A stretch of DNA of 38,371 bases from Candidatus Magasanikiibacteriota bacterium (GTDB lineage: Bacteria; Patescibacteriota; Patescibacteriia; Magasanikbacterales; UBA922). A program made the position numbers and the translations under genes. Location: the NCBI GenBank assembly GCA_031973355.1, contig DALYDF010000002.1, forward strand, positions 8,253 to 46,623, in the 5' to 3' direction. The notes beneath the pieces were generated by a model. It was not told the DNA's origin, made no database searches, and worked only from the letters and a program-made list of their open reading frames with translations. Below, piece after piece: positions 15,240 to 23,754 of this stretch; within the stretch, counting starts at the first letter, position 1; each line of letters opens with the position of its first letter.

Positions 15240-15383
15240 GTCCACCGCATTTAATTCTAACAAACTTGACCTGAAGAAAAGTTAAAATAAATATTAAATC
15301 GAGAAAAATCTTTTTTGGCTAAGTTAAAATAAAAAATCGATTTTTTATTAAGTTTTATTTAAATCTAAAGTATGTTTTTTTGG

Positions 15384-15412
15384 TTGACTTACCGAGGTTT
15401 TTGTGATAATAA
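15384..15412 (+). promoter_or_regulatory. Sigma70-like promoter of GC-rich module 2
   Basis: TTGACT (15384-15389), a 17-nt spacer, TAATAA (15407-15412). Confidence 0.55.
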
Positions 15413-15445
15413 ACTGAGACAACGTCAGGCTCAAAGGACGGCATC

Positions 15446-15790
15446 ATGAAGAAGTGGATCATCGAGGGTGAGGCCATGGACTTCCAGTTCAGGACCCCCG
15501 GAGTGGATCTGGAGATCTCTTTCCCAAACTGCTTCGAAAGAGTTGTGTTCACCCAGGACACGACGAAGCAAGTTCCTTGGGTCATCTGCTCGATGATCAA
15601 GGGGCCTGAAGGCTGTATGCATCGTGAGGATCACGTGGACGGACAATACGTCCAGCTCGCTCTGAACGGCAGTGAGCCGCCGTACCTCATGTCTGATGGT
15701 CGGACGGTGCAGATCGGCGTGCACCAGATCGTCTTCAGCTGGTCGGTGCGACTGGTTGAGCAGGCCGAAGACGCGCCGAAGGAGGTGTAA
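15446..15790 (+). CDS. GC-rich module 2: soluble 114-aa protein, no recognised family
   Basis: ATG 15446 is preceded by AAGGA, 7 nt upstream. Codons are G/C-ending. Antisense and out-of-frame ORFs in the ORF track (15355..15600, 15431..15724) are typical high-GC artefacts. Confidence 0.65.
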   Translation: MKKWIIEGEAMDFQFRTPGVDLEISFPNCFERVVFTQDTTKQVPWVICSMIKGPEGCMHREDHVDGQYVQLALNGSEPPYLMSDGRTVQIGVHQIVFSWSVRLVEQAEDAPKEV

Positions 15791-15808
15791 CTAAGAAGTC
15801 GGGGGTTG

Positions 15809-15837
15809 GGCCTGTTCGCGATTCACGCGGGCAGGCC
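15809..15837 (+). terminator. GC-rich hairpin terminator of module 2
   Basis: GGCCTG (15809-15814) pairs with CAGGCC (15832-15837). An inner CGCG/CGCG stem is present, followed by TCTTCATTT. Confidence 0.6.
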
Positions 15838-15887
15838 TCTTCATTTATATTGATTTTCCCCCTAAAATACGCTACACTGTGGCCACT

Positions 15888-16855
15888 ATGTGGATTGAAG
15901 ATATTTTGGCTAAGAAAAAACCTATTCTTGCACTGAGTCCCATGGCTGACATGACTGACTCAGCTTTTTGTCAGGTGGTGCGCAGAATTGGCGGGGCTGA
16001 TGTGGTGTACCGCGAAATGGTTTCTAGTGAAGCGGTTGTTCGTGATAATGTAAAAACTTTAGGCATGACAGATTTTGTGGAAGGGGAACGGCCAATTGTT
16101 CAACAGATTTTGGTTCAGATCCACTCACTATGGCACGCTCAGCCGCAATTATTATGGAACATGCTGGCCCCGAAGGGATTGATATTAACATGGGGTGCCC
16201 GGTGTACAAAATTACCAGTAATTTCAATGGTTGCGCGCTGATGAAAGAACCAGATCGGGCCGCGGCCATTATCAAAGAAATGAAACAGGCAATTGGTGAC
16301 ACGCCGCTCTCAGTAAAAATCCGGTTGGGTTGGAGTGATCCGGATGATTTTAAAAAATTTATTCCCGTGATTGAAGACGCAGGTGTAGCACTCATTACTG
16401 TTCATGGCCGTACCAAAGCGCAGGGTTATGCTGGTAAAAGCGATTGGGCGCGCATTGCTGAAGCTAAGAAAATCGCGCGCGTGCCACTCTTGGCCAATGG
16501 TGATATTCATGAACCGCATCAAGTAAAAGAAGCATTAGAAATTACTGGTGCCGACGGTGTATTGATTGCGCGCGGCGCACTAGGAAATCCGTGGTTTTTT
16601 AATTTAGCTTTAGAAGGAAAATCGGTGGCCGATATTACAATGGAAGAACGCGTTGCGGTTTTATTAGAACACGCGCAATTACATATTGCTCAATATGGTG
16701 AACGCGGACTGGTAACTTTCCGTAAACATTTAGCCTGGTATTTAAAAAGTTCAAAAATTGGGTTCGAAGTACCGAGAATAAAAGATGTACGCAGTGAGCT
16801 CATGAAAATTAGTACGTACTCGGAACTTGAATCAATTCTACAAAAACTTTTATAA
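15888..16855 (+). pseudogene. dus: tRNA-dihydrouridine synthase (Dus) interrupted by a 1-nt frameshift in a T-run
   Basis: The ORF-track pieces 15879..16241 and 16130..16855 join into one Dus if T4 at 16108-16111 is read as T5. This restores ...ERPIVQQIFGSDPLTMARSAAIIMEHAGPEGIDINMGCPV.., the conserved Dus core. Confidence 0.85.
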
Positions 16856-16856
16856 A

Positions 16857-16892
16857 ATAAAAACACTTGGAAAATTACCGAGTGTTTTTATT
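16857..16892. terminator. Bidirectional terminator after dus
   Basis: AAACACTTGG pairs with CCGAGTGTTT (one G:U pair). It is flanked by an A-run and a T-run. Confidence 0.7.
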
Positions 16893-16966
16893 TTTCCCTT
16901 AATTTACAAAATTTATAAACTAAGGGAAGGGGACTGAGACGGACGACTCGGAACCCTCCCTCCGTC

Positions 16967-17248
16967 CTATGACGGTGGTGCGGGCGGCATGTCTTTGTCT
17001 GGTTGACCTTTTCGGACTTTGTAGAGATAGATCATATCATTGACCTCCTGGATCATGAAGATAATCCAGCCGACGAGCAGTATGCAGATGAACGTCAAGA
17101 TGGCCTTGATCCCCTTGTAGACAGGCATGACCACCTCGTCGAATACGATGCTGAAGAACTTCGTGAATCCAATGTCGTAGATCACGCAGATCACCGTGAG
17201 GAACGACGACACGCCGAGCCCGAGGAATACCCAGTAGTACCATTCCAT
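16967..17248 (-). CDS. GC-rich module 3: small 2-TM membrane protein, 93 aa, with a Pro-rich tail
   Basis: ATG 17248 is preceded by AAAGGAG, 8 nt upstream. TM helices are YYWVFLGLGVSSFLTVICVIY and AILTFICILLVGWIIFMI. Codons are G/C-ending. A GACGGA/TCCGTC hairpin follows the stop. Confidence 0.6.
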   Translation of the reverse strand: MEWYYWVFLGLGVSSFLTVICVIYDIGFTKFFSIVFDEVVMPVYKGIKAILTFICILLVGWIIFMIQEVNDMIYLYKVRKGQPDKDMPPAPPS

Positions 17249-17275
17249 TTTGCGAACTCCTTTCAGTCCGCTACT

Positions 17276-17304
17276 AGTTAATTACATTTTGCAGAAGTTG
17301 TCAA
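17276..17304 (-). promoter_or_regulatory. Possible promoter of module 3, overlapping the stop codon of the upstream GT2 gene
   Basis: On the minus strand: TTGACA (17304-17299), a 17-nt spacer, TTAACT (17281-17276). The -10 is weak. Confidence 0.35.
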
Positions 17305-18002
17305 TATTTTCCTCTGCGTAACCGCCACATCACGCGAAAAAATTCCCAAATATCCTTGGAACTTAATTTTGATTTTCCGCTAGTGCGATCAGTAAAAATA
17401 ACCGGAATCTCGATGATGGAAAATTTATTTTTTTCCACACGAAATAAAATTTCTTCTTGAAACGCGTAGCCATTGCTGGTAATTTCTTTTTGCAAAACTA
17501 TTTCTAAAACTTGGCGGCGATACGCGCGGAAACCAGCGGTTACGTCTTTGGTTTTTAAGCCTAAAATTAAACGAGACAAAGTCATGGCTGTCCAACTAGT
17601 TAAATGACGGTAAAAACCCCAGCCAACCACTTTGCCACCAGGCACACGCCGTGAACCAATGGCTAAATCATTAGTAGCCAAAGCTGCGATTAAGCGTGGC
17701 ACATCAGCCGGATCATGAGAAAAATTCGCATCCATTTCAAAGATAATGGCTGCGTCAACTGAAAGGGCTTTTTTAAAACCAGCCACATACGCCGTGCCAA
17801 TGCCTAATTTTCGTGGGCGTTTGATAAGATAAATAGGGAATTGTTCGCGAAATTTTTCCACCACCGCAGCGGTTTCATCTGGTGAATGATCATCGACAAT
17901 AATTAATTCCAATTCGGGAATTTTGAGATCAAATAAAGCGGGGATTAACCGGGTAATGTTGGCTCGTTCATTGTAAGTAGGAATGATAATGACGGTTTTC
18001 AT
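17301..18002 (-). CDS. GT2-family polyprenyl-phosphate glycosyltransferase (dolichyl/polyprenol-phosphate mannose synthase-like)
   Basis: Motifs IIIPTYNERANI, IIVDDHSPD and EMDANFSHDP; 233 aa. It overlaps folD by 4 nt. Confidence 0.88.
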   Translation of the reverse strand: MKTVIIIPTYNERANITRLIPALFDLKIPELELIIVDDHSPDETAAVVEKFREQFPIYLIKRPRKLGIGTAYVAGFKKALSVDAAIIFEMDANFSHDPADVPRLIAALATNDLAIGSRRVPGGKVVGWGFYRHLTSWTAMTLSRLILGLKTKDVTAGFRAYRRQVLEIVLQKEITSNGYAFQEEILFRVEKNKFSIIEIPVIFTDRTSGKSKLSSKDIWEFFRVMWRLRRGKY

Positions 18003-18859
18003 ACGTTAGGCAACACCAATTGGTGGTGTTCGGCAGCAGCGGCAATAGTATTGGCTAATAATTTAGCGACTGTAATTGGACCAACGCCACCAGGTGTGGG
18101 AGTAATAAAGGCGTGGTCAACAATTTCATCGACCGTGGCATCACCGGTCATTTTTCCGGTTTCAAAAGAAACGCCAGCGTCAATGACGAGGGCATTGGGC
18201 TTAACCATACTACCCCGAATTAGATTGGCTTTACCAACTCCAGAAATTATAATATCAGCGGCTAAACACTTTTCCATTACCGCAGTGGTGCGACTATTAA
18301 TAGTGGTAACTGAAGCACGGGCATTCATCAAAATAACAGCTAACGGTTTGCCTACTAAAGCGCCGGCACCAAAAATAACAATATTTTTTCCCACGAGCTC
18401 CAGTTGTTGTGATTTGATAATTTCAAGTACGGCGGCTGGAGTAGGTGGTAGCCAGGGGGCCTGATTCATCATTAATTTGCCTAAGTTTTCATTGGTTAAA
18501 CCATCAATATCATATTCAGGTTTAATGGCATTCAGCACGGCAGCCGTGTAGAGCGGTTCTGGTAAAGGTAATTGCACAATTACCCCAGATAATTCAGGGT
18601 CTTTTTGAATAGTTTCAAGATGAGTAATTAATTCAGCTTGTGAAGTGTTGCTCGGTAACGTGGATATTTCACAAACAATGCCACATTTGGTGGCGGCCAT
18701 TTGTTTGCGTTTTACATAGGTTTGAGAGGCTTGATCATCACCAACCAGAACCACGACGAGTTTGGGGGTAATTTTATGAACAGCTAAAAACTCAGTTTGT
18801 TGAGTAATGGTGACCAAGAGTTCTTGAGCAATTTTTGTACCGTCAATGAGGTAATTCAT
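17999..18859 (-). CDS. folD: Bifunctional methylenetetrahydrofolate dehydrogenase/cyclohydrolase
   Basis: The start was moved to ATG 18859 (MNYLIDGTKIAQEL...). FolD motifs are VGDDQASQTYVKRK, VIVQLPLP, GAGALVGKPLA and TPTPGGVGPITVAKLL. Confidence 0.93.
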   Translation of the reverse strand: MNYLIDGTKIAQELLVTITQQTEFLAVHKITPKLVVVLVGDDQASQTYVKRKQMAATKCGIVCEISTLPSNTSQAELITHLETIQKDPELSGVIVQLPLPEPLYTAAVLNAIKPEYDIDGLTNENLGKLMMNQAPWLPPTPAAVLEIIKSQQLELVGKNIVIFGAGALVGKPLAVILMNARASVTTINSRTTAVMEKCLAADIIISGVGKANLIRGSMVKPNALVIDAGVSFETGKMTGDATVDEIVDHAFITPTPGGVGPITVAKLLANTIAAAAEHHQLVLPNV

Positions 18860-18935
18860 AGGGATATGGTACCGCACTGGGCAAAAAAAGACAACCATAG
18901 ATAGATATGGTATACTTTTTTGGTATTTCAAATAT

Positions 18936-20114
18936 ATGAAAAAATTTCTTACTACATTATTTATTGGTAGCTTGGTGTTAGTGTCTGGGTATTTTGTTCC
19001 GACCGCAGAAGCAGCGACTCCAGTACCTAAAAATACTTTACTGCCAGGAACTACTTTTAAGTATAAAGACTCAAAGATAGTCTATTATATTGCTGGTGAT
19101 GCAGTGGCGTATCCGTTTCCCAATCAAGAGACTTTTTTAAGTTGGTTTCCTTCGTTTGCTCGCGTAAAAACTTTTGACAAAAAAACAGTTACGAATACTG
19201 TGAGTAAGAAAACAGTTACCTTAAAACCTGGTGCGCGAGCGGTAAAATTTGGTAATGATCCAAAAATATATGCGGTTGGTCGTGGAGCACGGTTACGCTG
19301 GATCACTACTGAAAAAACTTTAAAAGAAATTTTTGGTAATAATTGGCAGAATTTTTATGTGCAATTACCAGCTTCGCAAATTTATAATTATAGTATCTCT
19401 GATAAAATAGAAAAAGCTGACCAATATCATCGGGCCGATGAGCGTTCCAACGTGACGATTTCACAAGAATTAGCGCGGTTAAAAATTCTTAAAAAAGATT
19501 TCACCGATGGTGATGGAAAAACAATTCCCTTATTAAAAAGTTTTGGAGAAACAGCTTCAGGTAGTTTTGCCCCAAAATTTAATCCTCGGAATTTTTCGTA
19601 CACGGTTACATTAAAATTTTCTGAAGAACGTATTACCTTGAGCCCGCGTGCCTACCAACCCTTCATGATGGTAAAAGTCAAAGATTACGTCGTAAAAGAT
19701 GGAGAAAAAGTGGTCATTGATGTGCCACCAGGTACAACGGAAATTCCGGTCATTGCATATTTAACCGATGGTTCAGACCCAACTACGTATCTAATAAAAG
19801 TTATTCGGGCTGAGGCAGGTACTGAAAATAAATTAGCGAGTTTGTCTGAAAATCTGTCAGCGCCGTTGTGGCCATCGTTTAAACCAAACATTATTGAGTA
19901 TTCAATGCGGGCTAAAGAAAGCGAAACGCGGGTAATTATTAAAGCTAAGGCTAAAAGTAAAGACGCCCGCGTGTTTATTGATGGTGATGAATATGTCCAA
20001 GGTAGTTCGTATGAGAAAAATCTTAAACTCGGTGCTAATAGTGTACAAGTGCAAGTAGTAGCGCAAGATGGCAGTGCCACTAAATATACTATTAATATTC
20101 AAAAGCCAATCTAG
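18936..20114 (+). CDS. Secreted protein with two cadherin-like beta-sandwich repeats
   Basis: The signal peptide is MKKFLTTLFIGSLVLVSGYFVPTAEA. The repeated signature is L.S......F.P.F.P....Y.. (LKSFGETASGSFAPKFNPRNFSYTV and LASLSENLSAPLWPSFKPNIIEYSM). Confidence 0.7.
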   Translation: MKKFLTTLFIGSLVLVSGYFVPTAEAATPVPKNTLLPGTTFKYKDSKIVYYIAGDAVAYPFPNQETFLSWFPSFARVKTFDKKTVTNTVSKKTVTLKPGARAVKFGNDPKIYAVGRGARLRWITTEKTLKEIFGNNWQNFYVQLPASQIYNYSISDKIEKADQYHRADERSNVTISQELARLKILKKDFTDGDGKTIPLLKSFGETASGSFAPKFNPRNFSYTVTLKFSEERITLSPRAYQPFMMVKVKDYVVKDGEKVVIDVPPGTTEIPVIAYLTDGSDPTTYLIKVIRAEAGTENKLASLSENLSAPLWPSFKPNIIEYSMRAKESETRVIIKAKAKSKDARVFIDGDEYVQGSSYEKNLKLGANSVQVQVVAQDGSATKYTINIQKPI

Positions 20115-20204
20115 GAATGTAACAACTGATTAATATACGTTATTTTCAATTGTTTTTTTGCTATTTTTTTCTTTTGTTAGCCGTTTAAATTTTACTCAAT
20201 AGGC

Positions 20205-20636
20205 TTATTCACCGGTGTGAGGTACCCATTGTCCGTTAATATATTCAGTGACGGTGGTACCACTAAATGGTATGCCATCTGAATCGTAATAAGTCACTTG
20301 AATACCAGTCACAGCTGTAGAGCCTTCTTTGTATTTACCTTTACGCATATACGCGTATTCAGCTTTTCCACCATCTGGCTCATTTACTATTATTTCGATT
20401 AGATATAAGCCCTCGGAGTCTTCTCGTTCTCGTTCAATTACGTATTCACTCTCTCCAACTACTATTTCAATTTGTTCAATAACTTCTGCGCGAGTTGGGT
20501 GCTCAGGATTCTTTTCTACTTCGGTTGCCGGGGTAGATTCTTGTTTGGCTGACTGAAGACTGGAGCAGTCTGGAGCATGACCAGCTTCACTTGGGTATTG
20601 GCAAAATTCGCAGACAGGGCGGGATTCTTCGGGCAT
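20205..20636 (-). CDS. Hypothetical protein, 143 aa
   Basis: A clean ORF with host-like composition. It has an N-terminal CxxC...C segment and no recognised family. Confidence 0.6.
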   Translation of the reverse strand: MPEESRPVCEFCQYPSEAGHAPDCSSLQSAKQESTPATEVEKNPEHPTRAEVIEQIEIVVGESEYVIEREREDSEGLYLIEIIVNEPDGGKAEYAYMRKGKYKEGSTAVTGIQVTYYDSDGIPFSGTTVTEYINGQWVPHTGE

Positions 20637-20741
20637 ATATTTTAATTTAAAATAAAAATCCCACTCTTATATAGTTATTAGATATTTTCTAATGATTGAC
20701 AGTATAGTCTATTCCTCTTAAACAATACAATGTGAACTAAT

Positions 20742-20770
20742 AAAAAAAGAACCCGTATGGGTTCTTTTTT
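20742..20770 (-). terminator. Terminator downstream of tRNA-Gln
   Basis: GAACCC (20749-20754) pairs with GGGTTC (20759-20764), with an A-run and a T-run on either side. Confidence 0.7.
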
Positions 20771-20776
20771 ACATTG

Positions 20777-20847
20777 CTCCGGGACAGGGATTTGAACCCC
20801 GATAGTCAGATCCAGATTCTGAAGTCCTACCATTAGACGATCCCGGA
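20777..20847 (-). tRNA. tRNA-Gln (anticodon CUG)
   Basis: Minus-strand fold: UCCGGGA UC GUCU AAUGGUA GGAC U UCAGA AUCUGGA UCUGA CUAU CGGGG UUCAAAU CCCUG UCCCGGA G. The U1:A72 pair and G73 fit Gln identity. CCA is not encoded. Confidence 0.9.
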
Positions 20848-20850
20848 ATA

Positions 20851-21675
20851 TTAGCGTAAATAATGTCCATCTTCGAATTTTCCCAAAATATCTGGATTGA
20901 GGGTGCGAATTTGTGTCCACTTGAAACCATGAGCAAGAAAGGCGGTTTCGCTGGCAATTGGGTATTTGGTACGGCCGTAAATGTAATATACGCCCGGATG
21001 ATTACCTAATTTAATCAGTGTGCCACTACTTAAATCAGGCACATCAGTAAATAGAACTGTGGGTGTACCGCTTTGAGTTTGTCCGTTGGGAACAAAGTCG
21101 TGTAAAGCGTTCATTAGTGTATCATACGGATACTGATAGTCAAGGCCACGGTTTACTCCTGGTTCATTGGATAAAAAAACTTGCGTAGTGTCATTGTACC
21201 CTTTGAGAATCACGGTGTGATAATCTGGTCCACCAGCGCGGAAATAGGGATTGTTAAGGCCGCGACCATATACCAAGGCAATTACTGGTCTTCCGGCTTC
21301 AATTTCAGCTTTAATAGCTTCTAAAGTTGGGTACTCAACAGCGGTGGCTCGCCACGGTAAATATTCGTTAATTAACTGAGCCATTTGAGCAGCATTAGTA
21401 TCTTTGTTGTAACCAAATAACCAGTTTTCAATTTCCACAATTGCACGAATATCGTTAGTGGCAGTTTTGGTGTCTAGAGTAGAAAAATTATTTCCATTAT
21501 AAAAATGAGTGAGCATTATGGTCACTGATTCTTCGCAGGCATCAGCCCACGGTTGCGTGTTCCACAGACCAGTGGGGGCTTGAGTGGTAAAAGGTACGGG
21601 CAGAGAAACTGTTTGGGCAGCAACAGATAGTGGGAGAAAGGTGCTAAAAAAAATACTAAAAAATATTTTTCTCAT
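20851..21675 (-). CDS. Secreted peptidase C39-like (papain-fold) domain protein
   Basis: It has a signal peptide. VPFTTQAP...WADACEESV contains the candidate catalytic Cys, and GPDYHTVILKGY the candidate His. The family assignment is by motif recognition only. Confidence 0.65.
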   Translation of the reverse strand: MRKIFFSIFFSTFLPLSVAAQTVSLPVPFTTQAPTGLWNTQPWADACEESVTIMLTHFYNGNNFSTLDTKTATNDIRAIVEIENWLFGYNKDTNAAQMAQLINEYLPWRATAVEYPTLEAIKAEIEAGRPVIALVYGRGLNNPYFRAGGPDYHTVILKGYNDTTQVFLSNEPGVNRGLDYQYPYDTLMNALHDFVPNGQTQSGTPTVLFTDVPDLSSGTLIKLGNHPGVYYIYGRTKYPIASETAFLAHGFKWTQIRTLNPDILGKFEDGHYLR

Positions 21676-23321
21676 ACTACGCTACCACCAAAAGCAGCGG
21701 CCAAATCATCAAGACCAGGTGGTGGGGGAGCAGCGGCCACTACGGCCACATTTAACGATAAACGAGTTTTTAATAATCCGCTTAATAAATCTTCTAAATT
21801 CTTTTTTGAATTTCTTTCCGTTAATTTGTCACGGTGAAAATCGTACGGTACAGTCAGGGTTAAAATATTGTCGGTTACTTCTCCTAGCAGAGCACTGCGT
21901 AATAAAAAAACCACAGACGGACTACTAGTTTCTAGTCCGCGCATAAATTCAGGCCAAATTTTTTCTACATCCGCTTTGGTAAAACTTTTTTTGGTATCGA
22001 GTGCTGTTTCATGTGCCGTAGCTGTTTCACCAACTGGTTCAGGCGGTACAACTGGAATAGTTACCGAAATAGCAGGTGGTTCGGAATTTTTAGGTAATTC
22101 AGTAGTAATCGGAGTTGAAACCACCGGAATTACTGGAGTAGACGGAATGACTGGTTCGGTTTTTGGTGGGGGAATCGGGGTTGCAACAACTGGTGGTGGG
22201 GTGATTGGTGTTCCGACAGCAATTGTTGGAGCACTTATGCCAACAGCCTCAATGACCAGTAATTCTAAAGGTAATTCCGGAATGGCCGTGTATTTAGCTT
22301 CTAAAAATCGTTTTTGCGTCAGGTCAAGTAAGCGCAATAATTCGCTTGGGCTAAAGGCGGTCACCAATTCTTTAATCTCGGTTTCTTGGGCTGAACCAAT
22401 ATCTAATTCAGTACGGGCAATGGCTGGATTAAAATGATACAACAGAATACCGCGCCAAAAACCAGTTAAATCAGTTAAAAACTGCAAACTATGAATACCA
22501 TCGGTAGCTAAAGTTTGACAATAGCTGAGGGCAGGACCAGCTTCGCGTTTGGCGATTAATTGAGCCAGACCGACTAAGCGATTAAAGGGTGTAAGAGGAA
22601 TAATCAAACCTAAAGTTTCTTCTGTTACTGTTGTGCCGCCAGTGGCAATAACTTGATCTAATAAACTAACCGCATCGCGAGCTGAGCCTTCACTGGCGCG
22701 CACTAATCGGTGAATTGTTTCCGGACTAGCGGTTACGCCTTCGGCCTGCATAATTTCTTGTAAACGAGCGGCCATTAAATCACGAGGGATTTTTTTAAAG
22801 GCATACCGCTGACAACGTGATAAAATGGTTGCTGGTAATTTTTGTAATTCAGTGGTAGCTAGAATAAAAATTGTTTTAGCGGGTGGTTCTTCTAATGTTT
22901 TTAACAGGGCGTTAAAAGCAGAAGTAGACAGCATGTGGACCTCGTCGATAATAAAAATTTTATATTGCGAGTGAGTGGGTTGAAATTGGGCATTTTCAAT
23001 AATCACTTCGCGTACCGTATCTACGCCGGTGTTACTGGCGGCGTCAATTTCAATTACATCTAAAGCCGAACCTTGAGTAATGGCTACACACTGTGTACAG
23101 GTATTACACGGTTCACTTTCACCGCTTTTTCGGGTAAGACAATTAAGTGATTTGGCCAAGAGCCGAGCCGTGGTAGTTTTACCGGTTCCGCGTGGACCAG
23201 ACAATAAATAGGCGTGAGCTGGCGCATTTTTTTTAATTTGATTTTGAATTGTGGTCACCACAGTTTCTTGGCCAGTAATCGCTGCCCAAGACTGGGGACG
23301 GTGTTTATGATATAAAGCCAT
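21672..23321 (-). CDS. dnaX: DNA polymerase III subunit gamma/tau
   Basis: Walker A GPRGTGKTTTARL, zinc module CLTRKSGESEPCNTCTQC, Walker B IIDEVHML and sensor motif SRCQRY, followed by a Pro/Thr-rich linker. Confidence 0.95.
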   Translation of the reverse strand: MALYHKHRPQSWAAITGQETVVTTIQNQIKKNAPAHAYLLSGPRGTGKTTTARLLAKSLNCLTRKSGESEPCNTCTQCVAITQGSALDVIEIDAASNTGVDTVREVIIENAQFQPTHSQYKIFIIDEVHMLSTSAFNALLKTLEEPPAKTIFILATTELQKLPATILSRCQRYAFKKIPRDLMAARLQEIMQAEGVTASPETIHRLVRASEGSARDAVSLLDQVIATGGTTVTEETLGLIIPLTPFNRLVGLAQLIAKREAGPALSYCQTLATDGIHSLQFLTDLTGFWRGILLYHFNPAIARTELDIGSAQETEIKELVTAFSPSELLRLLDLTQKRFLEAKYTAIPELPLELLVIEAVGISAPTIAVGTPITPPPVVATPIPPPKTEPVIPSTPVIPVVSTPITTELPKNSEPPAISVTIPVVPPEPVGETATAHETALDTKKSFTKADVEKIWPEFMRGLETSSPSVVFLLRSALLGEVTDNILTLTVPYDFHRDKLTERNSKKNLEDLLSGLLKTRLSLNVAVVAAAPPPPGLDDLAAAFGGSVV

Positions 23322-23332
23322 ACGTAGCCATA

Positions 23333-23361
23333 ATTATACTGTTTTTTGGTTCAAGCGTAAA
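23333..23361 (-). promoter_or_regulatory. Promoter of dnaX
   Basis: On the minus strand: TTTACG (23361-23356), a 17-nt spacer, TATAAT (23338-23333). The -10 lies 11 nt upstream of the ATG, implying a very short leader. Confidence 0.5.
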
Positions 23362-23444
23362 GCCATACCAGGGGTACCCCTTGCGGCCTCAGTGGGGCTA
23401 TGTTAGAATGACCTCAGTCAATCTTTATTAACTAAAGTAAGTCT

Positions 23445-23708
23445 ATGCCAGAAAAAAAAGTAAATGCAGCTTTAATGCAACCTTTCAAGTTGTCAGCTGA
23501 ACTCCAGGCCGTTGTTGGTGCTGGTCCAATGCCTCGCAGTGAAGTAGTTAAACAATTGTGGGTATATATCAAAGCCCAAGGTTTGCAAGATACTACTAAC
23601 AAACGCATGATTAACTCTGATGAAAAATTGAAAGCCGTTTTTGCCGGCAAATCACAAGTATCAATGTTTGAAATTGGTAAATTGATTAGCCCACACCTTT
23701 CTAAATAA
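23445..23708 (+). CDS. SWIB/MDM2 domain protein
   Basis: 87 aa: PFKLSAELQAVVGAGPMPRSEVVKQLWVYIKAQGLQD..NKRMINSDEKLKAVF is the classic SWIB signature. Confidence 0.88.
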   Translation: MPEKKVNAALMQPFKLSAELQAVVGAGPMPRSEVVKQLWVYIKAQGLQDTTNKRMINSDEKLKAVFAGKSQVSMFEIGKLISPHLSK

Positions 23709-23721
23709 GATTCGTCTTACT

Positions 23722-23752
23722 AAAAACCCTTCTGCATAAGAAGGGTTTTTTA
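23722..23752. terminator. Bidirectional terminator
   Basis: ACCCTTCT (23726-23733) pairs with AGAAGGGT (23739-23746). It is flanked by an A-run and a T-run. Confidence 0.8.
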
Positions 23753-23754
23753 TT

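Noticed and set aside
20678-20957. ORF-track CDSs 20678..20920 and 20769..20957 (-)
   Set aside because: They run through tRNA-Gln (20777-20847) and its terminator and overlap the 3' end of the peptidase gene, so they are spurious.
23322-23444. SRP RNA (ffs), which often lies upstream of dnaX
   Set aside because: The spacer has a GGGGTACCCC palindrome and a GCAA loop candidate. I could not find the conserved helix-8 motifs (GGAA/GNRA-closed AGCA...GGCA loops), so it is left unannotated.
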